From the NCBI GenBank assembly GCA_045807625.1, contig JBJMHA010000044.1:12319-76318 (forward strand): a stretch of DNA of 64,000 nucleotides. The letters are read 5' to 3'. The position numbers and the translations under genes are program-made. The notes beneath the pieces are model-generated. The model saw only the letters and a list, made by a program, of their open reading frames with translations. It ran no database searches and was not told where the DNA came from. Of the stretch, positions 27,701 through 36,700 are shown one piece after another (position 1 is the stretch's first letter; every line of letters begins with the position of its first letter). This DNA comes from Thermoanaerobaculia bacterium (lineage in GTDB: Bacteria; Acidobacteriota; Thermoanaerobaculia; Multivoradales; UBA5704).

Positions 27701-27949
27701 CACCGCCGCGTCTTCGCGGACGCTCTGGACCGGAATCCGGATTCCCGGCGTGCGGTGAAAGACAGTGCGCAGGGCCTCGTGGCGCGCCGCCGCCCGCTGC
27801 AGGGCCGTCCGCAGGGCCATGGCTTGGAGCGGGCCCCGGAGGCGGACGGCGCAGCGGGCGCGGCAGGCGTCACGGACACCCCGGGCATGCAGCAGCCAGA
27901 GCCAGCGCTGCTGCGGTGAAAGCCGGAACCCATGAATCTCGTCGGACAT
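24737..27949 (-). CDS. NRPS, one module: interface-type C-like domain - A(Asx, Asn-like code) - T
   Basis: 1070-aa track ORF with ATG 27949 (GGAG 5 nt upstream) and TGA 24737-24739. It has N-terminal FRLSPQQRWLW, SCSALTAD in place of HHxxxDG, LAYVIYTSGSTGRPKG, FFALGGDSIR and an acidic helical C-terminal tail. Confidence 0.92.
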   Translation of the reverse strand: MSDEIHGFRLSPQQRWLWLLHARGVRDACRARCAVRLRGPLQAMALRTALQRAAARHEALRTVFHRTPGIRIPVQSVREDAAVNWREIEGPWSADLPEPACDLERGPLIDATLFRLDEREHVLALSCSALTADAASFGNLLGDLAELIDHPEKESEEEIVQYLQFSEWQHELLESEDAAEAKQRWQGQGASSRTVLPLEAMTGPSEAAAVHTFELPLPSDTAARIEASGLGVESFLLAAWTVLLTRLGGGSAPPAIALVCDGRKYEPLRASVGPFASALPVQGRFTTATSFAEAVARLDEQVRETVEGQDSFVPEEHWEPMAPVRDWSPGFELLPWPSARAARELELSLADLRGPLAPCRLKLTCIARDGALTIRVESLEGLFPERAFQAFAFRFREIVASALDAPGAPIADLRILGTEEEHELVVTLNDTRAGRAEGANAVHRLFERQADLSPAAVAVEADGARLTYAELNRKANQLAHELRSRGVGPESLIGLYLDRTPEMVIGALGVLKSGAAYLPLDPTYPRERLALIVEDARPSVLLTQETLAASLPAGDVPVLRLDADWSAVAQRSADNLAASAGEDHLAYVIYTSGSTGRPKGVMVPHRSVVNYLSWCAEAYAVAAGQGAPVHSPLGFDLTVTSLFSPLATGRRVRLIPDDGDLSRLAGAIGGGEDYSLVKLTPAHLELLRHNLAAAGAAVGTRTLVLGGEALFGEGLAWWRQVAPEIRLINEYGPTETVVGCCVYEVPAGTLPAGPVPIGRPIANTRLFVLDERSRPVPFGMSGELYIGGEGLARGYLSRPELTAERFVPDPFAPVPGGRLYKTGDVVRYLADGNLEYLGRNDQQVKVRGFRIELGEIESVLAGHPAVREAAVLAREDERGERRLVAYIVTGGSAGVDDLRRFLAERLPDFMIPAHFVPMDAFPLTANGKVDRKALPAPSTERPVLQTNYVAPRTPEESVLAELWSEVLGVDRVGVLDSFFALGGDSIRSVRLVALAKERGFEFTVQQLYQRHRIADLCDLLRTMSPPHGREETAAEDLEGLLAELEGLSDEEVAARLQAASAALSGQESAG
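24890..25100 (-). other. Peptidyl carrier (T) domain
   Basis: SFFALGGDSIR; Ser codon at 24995-24997. Confidence 0.9.
25150..26640 (-). other. Adenylation domain, hand-read code DLTKVGEVGK (Asp/Asn family, Asn-like)
   Basis: Cores TSGSTGRPKG (~26141-26200), LGFDLTVTS, LVKLTPAH, LVLGGEAL, NEYGPTETVVG and FPLTANGKVDR. Confidence 0.6.
26650..27925 (-). other. C-superfamily domain lacking the catalytic His motif (interface-type, I-like)
   Basis: LSCSALTADAAS at the HHxxxDG position (codons 27551-27574). It follows the C-TauD fusion protein encoded 16 nt upstream. Confidence 0.7.
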
Positions 27950-27954
27950 CTCTT

Positions 27955-27958
27955 CTCC
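27955..27958 (-). promoter_or_regulatory. Putative Shine-Dalgarno (GGAG)
   Basis: Plus ctcc at 27955-27958, 5 nt upstream of ATG 27949, in the 16-nt gap 27950..27965. Confidence 0.5.
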
Positions 27959-27965
27959 GCGCGGC

Positions 27966-30764
27966 TCAGGCCTGGAGGTCGTCGAAGCTGGTCATCTCGC
28001 CCATGGCGACGAGGATCTTGCGTTCACCGGTGAACGGGTTGCGACCGTGGGCCGTCAGCAGGTTGTCGAGCATCATGACGTCCCCCTCCTGCCAGGGGAA
28101 CGAAACCTCCAGCGAGCGGTAGGCCGCGAGGACCTCCGCCATCTCCGCATCCTCGATGACGCCTCCGTCGCCGAACCGGCACTGTCTGGGCAGCTCCTCT
28201 TGTCGGAAGACGGAGAGCAGCGACTGGCGGGTGAACGGGTCGAGGCAGGAGATGTGCCAGTGCTGGGCCTGGTTGAACCAGGACATGGCATCCGTCTTCG
28301 GATCCCGGACCACCGCCGGGCGGAAGGCATAGGTCTTCAGCCGGTCCTCATCCAGCCACTCGAACTGGAGGCGCTGCTCGGCGCAACGCCCTGCGACCTC
28401 TTCCTGCTCGTCAATCTGCAGGACCGCCCTCCAGTCCAGCCCCAGCCCCGTGCCATAGGTGCGTACGTACTGCACCTGCAGCTCGGCGAAGCGGTCGACC
28501 AGCTCGGGGCGGAGCCGCTGGTACACCTGCCGGCTGTCGACGATCGGCGTCTCGCCGCCGATCTCCGGCGCCTTGGCGCAGCAGAAGAAGATCTTCCGCG
28601 GCCAGCGATGGTTGAAGGAGTTCTCGTTGTGCCACAGGAGCTGTTGATCGGGGGGGAAGAACACCGGCGTGTAGACCTTGCCGCTCACCGACTGGCGGGG
28701 GTGCTCGCCGTTCTCGTTGAAGAGATCGGAGCAGAATGACGAGGCCAGCCGTTCGAAGGGCTCGGGCGAGTCGATGCCGAATCCCCGGAAGAGGATGCCG
28801 CCATGCCGCAGGAGGTCCGCTTCCAGGGCCTCGCGATGGCTCACCACCCAATCCACCAGATCGATGCCGGGCAGAGCGGGCCGCAGCACCAGGGGCAGGG
28901 TCTGCCCCTGAGAGAGGAGCTCGCGGATGACGACCTCGCCGCCCGGAATGGCCACCGCTTTGGGCTTCATGCTCCGGAGCTTGGAAAAGTCCGGCTGCGG
29001 GCGTCCGCCCTCTGCCTGGTGCTGTTTCTTGTCGGTTTGCATCAAGGCCTCCATCAGTTCTCCGACGTGGGCATGGGGACGGGCCGTCGCTGCCCGCATC
29101 AGACTCTCGAATTCGGAGCCGAGCCGGGCGATCGTGCCCTCGGAGAACAGGTCGGTTCGGTAGTTGGTCCAGCCCGTGAGCCCCGCCGGCAGATCCCACA
29201 GGGCCAGCGTGAGGTCGAGGTTGGCGGCTGTATTGTCCACCTCGATGGAGCTGAGCGTCAGCTCGGGGAGCTCGACCCGGCCCTCCGGTGCGTTCTGCAG
29301 GATGAGTTTGGCCTGGAACAGAGGAGGGTGGCTGAGGCTGCGCTCCACCTGGAGCCCTTCCACCAGCCGGTCGAAGGGCAGGTCCTGGTGGGAGTAGGCT
29401 TCGAGCGTCACCTGCCGGATGCGGGCCAGCAGCTCGCGGAAGGTGGGATCTCCGCTCAGGTCCACCCGCAGCACGAGCTGGTTGACGAAGAAGCCGATGA
29501 GCCCCTCCGTCTCGATCCAGTTCCGGTTCGCGACGTCGGTGCCGATCAGCATGTCCTTCTGCCCTGAACGGCGGTGCAGCAGCAGCGCGAAGACCGCCAG
29601 GAGCGCCATGAAGAGCGTCACCCCCTCACGGCGCGCCAGAGCCTTGAGCGGCTCGGCGATGGCCGCATCGAGGCTGAGACGACGCGTCGCCCCGCGAAAG
29701 CTCTGGATCTCCGGGCGCGGCCGGTCGGGGCGAAGGTCGAGCAGACCGGGAGCTCCCTGGAGCCGGCCACGCCAGTAGGAGAGCAGCCGCTCTCCCTTCT
29801 CGCGCAGCCACTCGCGCTGCCAGTGCGCGAAGTCGGTGTACTGGACGGGCAACTCCGCAAGCTCGCGACGGTTCCCGGACATGGCAGCCATGTAGAGCGC
29901 CGTGAGCTCCCGCACCAGCACGCCGAGCGACCAGCCGTCGCCGGCGATGTGGTGCAGGAGGACGATCAGCACATGCTCCCGCGACTCCATCCGCAGGAGC
30001 ATCGAACGCAGGAGAGGACCTCGGGCGAGGTCGAACGGACGCCGGGACTCCCGCGCCGTCAGGATACGGCTCTGTGCCTCGCGCTCACCCGCGCCCAGGC
30101 CGGACAGGTCGACGATAGGGAGAGGGAGGGCTCCGGGAGGACGGACCTCCACCACCGGACCTCCGTCCCGGCTGGGAAACGACGACCGCAGGATCTGGTG
30201 GCGGCGCACGACCTCGGAGAGGGCCCGCCGCAGGGACGTGACGTCGAGCCGCCCCTGCAGCCGCACGGCCAGGGGGATGTTGAAAGCCGGGCTCCCCGGC
30301 TCCAGATGATCGAGGAACCAGAGGCGTTGCTGGGCGAAGGAGAGCGGCGGCGGGATCCCCGCGGGCCGCCGCGGGATGGGCGCCACCGTTTCCAGCCCCG
30401 TGTCCCGGGTCTCGGCGATGCGAGCGGCCAGGCCGGCCACCGTCGGACCGGCGAAGAAGTCGCTCAACGAGAGGTCGGCTCCCAACGATGCGCGAAGCCG
30501 CGAAAGCACCTGGGTCGCCAGCATCGAATGGCCGCCGAGGTCAAAGAAATTATCGTTTACGCCCACCCGGTCGAGGGCCAGCACGTCGGCGACGATCCCC
30601 GTCACCAGCTCCTCGACGGAATTGCGGGAGGCGGCATAGGCCGCCGCGAGATCCGGACGGGCACGGCGTTCCCGCGCCGCAATCCGTTGGGCCAACTGCT
30701 CGGGATCCGACAGCTCGGTCGCGATCCTTTGCAGCAGGGAGGCTCGGGGACTCCTGCTCAGCAT
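27966..30764 (-). CDS. NRPS fragment with fused hydroxylase: T - C - TauD/TfdA-family Fe(II)/2OG dioxygenase domain
   Basis: 932-aa track ORF. ATG 30764 overlaps the upstream stop by 7 nt (ATGCTGA). It has FFDLGGHSML and HHIAGDGWS, then a ~340-aa TauD domain with WHNENSF and LTAHGRNPF. Confidence 0.92.
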   Translation of the reverse strand: MLSRSPRASLLQRIATELSDPEQLAQRIAARERRARPDLAAAYAASRNSVEELVTGIVADVLALDRVGVNDNFFDLGGHSMLATQVLSRLRASLGADLSLSDFFAGPTVAGLAARIAETRDTGLETVAPIPRRPAGIPPPLSFAQQRLWFLDHLEPGSPAFNIPLAVRLQGRLDVTSLRRALSEVVRRHQILRSSFPSRDGGPVVEVRPPGALPLPIVDLSGLGAGEREAQSRILTARESRRPFDLARGPLLRSMLLRMESREHVLIVLLHHIAGDGWSLGVLVRELTALYMAAMSGNRRELAELPVQYTDFAHWQREWLREKGERLLSYWRGRLQGAPGLLDLRPDRPRPEIQSFRGATRRLSLDAAIAEPLKALARREGVTLFMALLAVFALLLHRRSGQKDMLIGTDVANRNWIETEGLIGFFVNQLVLRVDLSGDPTFRELLARIRQVTLEAYSHQDLPFDRLVEGLQVERSLSHPPLFQAKLILQNAPEGRVELPELTLSSIEVDNTAANLDLTLALWDLPAGLTGWTNYRTDLFSEGTIARLGSEFESLMRAATARPHAHVGELMEALMQTDKKQHQAEGGRPQPDFSKLRSMKPKAVAIPGGEVVIRELLSQGQTLPLVLRPALPGIDLVDWVVSHREALEADLLRHGGILFRGFGIDSPEPFERLASSFCSDLFNENGEHPRQSVSGKVYTPVFFPPDQQLLWHNENSFNHRWPRKIFFCCAKAPEIGGETPIVDSRQVYQRLRPELVDRFAELQVQYVRTYGTGLGLDWRAVLQIDEQEEVAGRCAEQRLQFEWLDEDRLKTYAFRPAVVRDPKTDAMSWFNQAQHWHISCLDPFTRQSLLSVFRQEELPRQCRFGDGGVIEDAEMAEVLAAYRSLEVSFPWQEGDVMMLDNLLTAHGRNPFTGERKILVAMGEMTSFDDLQA
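27969..28990 (-). other. Integrated TauD/SyrP-like beta-hydroxylase domain
   Basis: H-x-E in WHNENSFNHRW (codons 28623-28631); distal His in LLTAHGRNPF (28047-28049); GERK. It is a paralogue of the free-standing gene 7819..8868. Confidence 0.88.
29050..30375 (-). other. Condensation (C) domain, canonical
   Basis: PLSFAQQRLWFLDHLEP; HHIAGDGWS (codons 29934-29954). Confidence 0.85.
30420..30630 (-). other. Carrier (T) domain with no cognate A domain; presumed acceptor of the FkbH-derived unit
   Basis: NFFDLGGHSML with Ser codon at 30525-30527. It lies 80 aa from the N-terminus, immediately downstream of the FkbH domain encoded on the previous polypeptide. Confidence 0.8.
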
Positions 30765-33700
30765 TGCGGAGCCTCCCCGGAGACACCAGGTCGCGCCATC
30801 CGCGGCGGCGCGAGCAGCCCCGGCGCGCCGCTCTCTTCGGCGGTCGACTCACCCTCCAGAAAACGGCGGGTGAGCCCCTCGAGGAGCCGGACCGGCAGCC
30901 GGTACGCGAACCCGTCGTCTACCGTCTCGCCAGGCTCCTCACCGAAGCTCGCGAGGAAATCCCGGGCGGGCTGGTTGCGGGCCGTGGGGACAAAAGCGAG
31001 GTCGACTCGCGAGAGCCCGCGAGCTGCCGCGATCCGGCCCAGTTCCTCCAGGACCCGGTGCTCCACGCCCCGACCCAGCACTCGGCAACTGAGCAGCAGG
31101 GTCTCGACCTCCAATGCCGCCGGAGAGGCCCCGTAGATCACAACTCCGGTGAGCCCGTAGTCGCCGAACCGATCCTGTACGCTCACGACGAGGCAGTGGC
31201 GTTCCGGCGAACGGATGATCTCCTCGATCTCGTTCTCGCTATGACGGATCGTCGTCAGGTTGAACTGGTTGGTGCGATGAGACAACTGCGCCACTCTCCT
31301 GACGTGTTGCGGCTGGAGGAAAGACACATCGACGTTAATTCTCAAATCCTTTAGGAATTCACGAAAGGAATGTGAGTTGGCCCTTAAATTTTCTCTTTCC
31401 TCATTCTGTCGATACAACTCAGTGCGGCTGCGGTCCTCATCCGTGACAGGGAGGCGGTCGAAGGCCCAGACGTTCCGCAGCAGAGCCGGGATTTCAGCCG
31501 GATCGGCGGGTAGCGCGACCACCAGGACCTCCGGGCAGGCGGCCTGAACCTCGGCGCATTCGACAGGATTGTCATCAATGAAGATGAAGGCATCGAGACC
31601 GAGCCGGAGCTCGGCGGCCAGGGCCGCGAGATTCTCCGACTTGGGACGCCAGTTCGCCCGCCAGCCGACGACATGCTGCCGGCGCAGAGGCATGTCGGCG
31701 CGGGTGTCGAAGACATCGAGCACGTCCCGCTCGTTGTTCTTGCTACAGACGCAGATCAGCATCCCGGCTTCATGCTGCGCGACCAGGAGCTCCTGCAGGG
31801 CCCGGCGCGGCGTGTCCAGCTCGACGCCCTGGGGCCCATCCTCCGCACAAATCCCTTTCCACAGCGTACCGTCGCAATCGACGGCGATGACTTTGTAGGG
31901 TGGGATCCGCAGGGCGAAGAAGCGGCGCGCCACCATCGTGGCGAGCGCGTTGAAGAACGCCGGGGTGTAAGGGATGCGCCCCAGCTCGTCGCCGTGGGGA
32001 TCGTAATACCCCAGCACGGGATAGACCGCCGCGAGCCCGGCGGAGGTCACGAGATGGACTCCGCCGGCAGCGGCGAGCTCCGCCGTCAGGAGATCCGCGG
32101 CTTCACGAGCGAGGTCGGCCGCTCCGGGCTCCGCCAGGTTGGCGGGAGAGCCTGGGCACACGAGGACCAGGAACGGCACCTTCGATCGCGAGGCGGCCGA
32201 CCGCAGGGCGCCGGCGAGGTCGAGCACGTTGCGTCGCAAATCGTCCGCGGCGAAGGGGCGGCCGCGCCCCCAGTCCTCGAAGCGGACGAGGATCACGTTG
32301 AGCCCGTCCGCGTTCCTCGCCAGGCTCCCGGCCCCCAGCAGCTCCTGGAAGACCTGGCCATAGGGTGCGAAGACGATCTCTGTATCGAACCCCAGCTCTT
32401 CCATCCAGAACCGCAGGGGCCTTTCGAGAGGCTCCGCGGTGAACGTGGCTGCGATGGCGATCTCCGGCCTGCGCTCGCGGTCCCTGGCCGCTGCGGCCTG
32501 CCGCTCCAGCCGCTCGGGCAGCGGCATTCCGGAGAGCGCTCTCTCCGGTCCCTCGGCAAGCCACGCGAGGGCCTGCTCGTAGGCATCCAATAAGAGCTCG
32601 GCGGTCTCCCCGGCGAACAGGTCTGTGCGGTATTCGAGCGAGATCTGCAGACCGCCCGCCGACTCCCAGGCCACGAGCCGGAGATCGAGCAGCGACGACC
32701 GCAGGTCGACGGGGACGAAGGCGGCGGTCAACCCCTCTCCGGCGGCGGGGCGTGGCTGCGTCTGGAGCAGGAACCCGACGTTGAAGAGCGGATTGGAACC
32801 CGAGCGGCGGTCCGGATTGACCGCCTGGACCAGCTTTTCGAACGGGCAGTCCTGGTGCGAGTAGGCATCCAGGACCGCGCTCCTCACCCGCGCCAGGAGC
32901 TCCAGACCCGATTCGTCCGCCCGGGAGCGGAGCCGCAGCGGGAGGAAGTTCATGAAGCAACCGATCAGGGGCTCGATCTCCGCCCGCATGCGGTTCGCGA
33001 TGACGGTCCCCAGGACGAGATCGTCCTGGCCGGTCCAGCGCGACAGGACCGCCTCGAAGGCCTCCAGAAGGACCATGAAGAGGGTGGCCCCAGCGCGCCG
33101 GCCCAGCTTGCGCAACCGCGCGGAGAGGTCCTCGCCGATTCGCCGGGAGCGGGCCGCGCCGCGCAGGGCCGCCCGCTCCGGCCGTGGGAAGTCGGTGGGC
33201 AGCTCGACGCGCGCGGGGGCTCCCGCGAGAGCCTCCGTCCAGTACCCGATCCGGGTGTCGAGGGCCGCGCCCTGAAGCCAGCTCCGCTCCCACCGCGCGA
33301 AGTCGGAGTATTGGACCGCGAGCTCCGGCAGCGGGGAGCGCTCGCCCAGGGAGAAGGCGCGGTAGAGGATCGCCAACTCGTCGAGCAGCAGGCTCATCGA
33401 CCAGCCGTCCGACACGATGTGATGGAGCGTGACCGAGAGGACGTGGTCCTCGGGACCCATGGCGATCAGGGCGACCCGCAACAGGGGCCCTCGCGCGAGA
33501 TCGAAGGGGCGCCGCCCCAGATCCTGCAGCAGGGCCGGCAGGAGAGCTTCCCGGCGGCCTGCCAGGACGGCGAGGAGGTCGATCCGGAAGAGCGCCGGCG
33601 GCGCGAGTGGTTGGACCACCTGCCGTGGCGTCCCGCCCTCCGAGGGGAAGCAGGTGCGCAGCACCTCGTGCCTGCGCGCGACCTCGGCCAGGCTCCGCTC

Positions 33701-36700
33701 CAACACCCGGTGGTCGAGCGGCCCCGAGAAGCGCACGGCGAGCGGCAGGTGATAAGCGCCTGCCCCGGGCTGCATCTGCTCCAGCAGCCAGAGCCTCTGC
33801 TGGGCATAGGAGAGAGGGGGATCGTCGCCGCGGCCGGCGGGTCTCAGCGGCGGTGGCGCCTGGGTTGCGGAGCGCAGGAGCCCCTCGATCTCGTCCGCCA
33901 GCTCCGCGACGGTCGGGTGCTCGAAGAGGGCGCGGACCGGGAAGTCGATCTGGAAGGCCTGCCGCAGCCGCGAGACGACCCGGATCGCCAGCAGGGAGTG
34001 GCCTCCGAGCTCGAAGAAGTCGTCCCGGGCCGCCGTGACCGGCCGCCCCAGGACCTCGCTCCAGACCATCGCCACGATCTCCTGGACCGGGCTGCGCAGC
34101 GCCGCGCCCTCACGCTCCGAAGCGGCAGGGCTCTCAGGGGTGGGCAGGGCCTTCCGGTCGATCTTGCCGTTGGGCAGGAGCGGCATTCTGGAGAGCTGGA
34201 CCACCCGGGACGGCACCATGGCTTCGGGCAGCCTGCGGCCGAGATCGGAGCGGACCTCCGCCTCGTCGAGGTCCGCGCTCCCGGCCGGCACAGCATAGGC
34301 CACGAGACGCTTGTCCCCGCCGTCGTCCGCGAGGACCACGGCCATCGCCTCGCGGACGGACGGATGCCGGAGGAGCGCGGACTCGACCTCGGAAAGCTCG
34401 ATGCGCACACCGCGGATCTTGACCTGATGGTCCGTCCGTCCGAGGAACTCGATCGCTCCGTCGGGCAGGCGCCGGGCGAGGTCTCCGGTCCGGTAGAGCC
34501 GCTGTCCCGGCTGCTCGCCGAAGGGGTCGGGGACGAACTTGTCCGCCGTGAGGTCCGGCCGGCCGGTATACCCGCGGGCCAGCCCCACCCCGCCGATGAG
34601 CAGCTCTCCGGGCACCCCGACCGGCGTGAGCTGGAAGCCGCTGTCGGCGAGGTGCACCCGGTCATTGGCGATCGGCCTGCCGATCACGACCACGGGCCTC
34701 ACGGCGTCACGCCGGCACGGCCAGTGGGTGGCATCGATGGCCGCTTCGGTGGGCCCGTAGAGGTTGTGCAGGTCCGAGCCCGCCACTCGCGCGAAGAAGC
34801 GTTCCTGGAGATGGGGCGTCAGAGCCTCCCCGCCGCAGAAGACCCGGCGCAGGGAGCGGACCTCCCGCAGCCGCGGCTCTTCGAGGAACACCTGAAGCAT
34901 CGAGGGAACGAGCTGCAGGATCGTCACCTGCTCCCGGGCGATCAGGTCCGCCAGGTAGGCGGTGTCCCGGTGTCCGTCGGGCGCGGCGACGACCAGTCGC
35001 AGGCCTGTGGTCCACGGGAGGAAGAGCTCCCAGATGGAGGCGTCGAAGCTGAACGGGGTCTTCTGGACGATCACGTCGTCCGCCTGTAGCGTCATCACCT
35101 CGTGCATCCAGAGCACGCGGTTCACGATGGCGCGATGCGGCACCATCACTCCCTTGGGCCGGCCGGTCGACCCCGACGTGAAGATGATGTACGCCAGGTG
35201 GTCGGGCTGCACGCCGGAGGACACCGGGGTGGTACGGGGGGCCGCGGGGTCCGGGGGATCGGCCTGCGGCTCCAGGACCGCGCACCCCTGCGCGGGCAGC
35301 AGCCCGCGCAGGTGGGGCTGCACGAGGAGCACCGCGGGCGCGGCGTTCTCCAGGATCGCCTCCAGCCGTTCCCGGGGATGGACGGGATCCAGGGGGACGT
35401 AGGCTCCCCCTGCTTTCAGCGTGCCGAGGAGCGCCACCATCATCTCCAGCGAGCGCTCCATGCACAGCCCGACGCGGACCTCGGGCCCGACCCCCGCGGC
35501 TCTCAGCCTTCCGGCCAGCCGGTTCGCCAGCTCATCGAGCTCGCCGTAGGTGAGGGAACGCCCCTCGAAGGTTACGGCCGGGCGGTCAGGCGCCAGCGCC
35601 GCCTGCTCCTCGAAGAGCTGATGGAGGCAGCGGGCCGGATTCAACCCGGTGGGCACGTCGTTCCACTCCACCAGGACCTGCTGGCGTTCCCCCGGTATCA
35701 GCAGGGAGAGATCGCCGACCCGTTGCTCAGGGCCCGCGACGGCGAGGCCCGACAGCACCGCTCCCAGATGCTCCAGCATGCGGAGCACCGTCGGCTCGTC
35801 GAACCGGGAGCCGTCGTACTTGATCTGGAGCCAGAGCTCGGAAGCCGGCACCGCCACCAGAGCCAACGGGTACTGGGTGTACTCGCGATGGTCGACTTCA
35901 CGGACGGCGACCGACCGCATCGCCCGGACGTTCACTTCCAGCGGGTAGTTCTCGAAGACCAGCAGCTTGTCGAAGATCACAGGCAGCGAGCTCCAGGCCT
36001 GGACCCTGGCGAGCGGCGTGTGCTCGAACTGGCTCAGCTCCGCCTGATCCATCTGCACTCCGGCGAGCCAGCGCACGACGGCGAGATCCGCGGGCACGGC
36101 GACCCGCGCCGGGAGCGTGTTGACGAAGACTCCGACCATCGAGTCGGCCCCGGGCAGCGCGCTGGGGCGCCCCGCCAGGGTCACGCCGAACACCGCCTCG
36201 GTGCTCCCACCGTAACGGGCCAGGAGCAGCGCCCAGGCGCCCTGGACGAGGGTGTTGATGGTTAGCCGGTGGCGGCGCGCGAAGCCCCGGAGCTCTTCGC
36301 TGCGCCGGAGGGACTGCCGCCCGTGCCGTTCGGCGAAATCCTTGTCGTCGGGCTCCCCGGAGTGAGGGTGGGCCTCGACCGGCAGGGAGGGGGGCGCGCC
36401 GGTTCCCTCCAGCCTGCGGCGCCAGTAGGCCTCGGCGGACGCCAGGCTCTGCCGCTGCAGCCACGCCACGTACTCCCGGTAGGGCCGCGGCGCCGGCAGC
36501 GCCGGCTCCTCACCGCGGGTGAGGGCGTTGTAGAGGGCGAAGACCTCCCGCAACAGGATCGAGTTGCTCCAGCCGTCGACCAGCAGGTGGTGGAAGCTCC
36601 AGATGAGCCGCCACTCCTCGTCGGCCACACGCAGGAGGGTGATCCGCATCAACGGGGCCCGGGAGGGCTTGAAGCCCTGTTCGCGGTCGGCCTCGCAGAG

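Noticed and set aside
8941-31365. A shared gaattcct (EcoRI site, encoding EFL) in the two AT-richer patches, at 8944-8951 and about 31354-31361, considered as a possible repeat or recombination site.
   Set aside because: Only 8 nt are shared and the flanks do not align, so it is most likely a coincidence of two E-F-L-K peptides.
31388-31417. A confident internal promoter call in the AT-rich island.
   Set aside because: The hexamers (TTGTAT / GAAAAT, 18-nt spacing) are weak matches, and sigma-factor consensus in the presumed phylum is unknown to me. I kept it only as a low-confidence possibility within the rare-codon finding.
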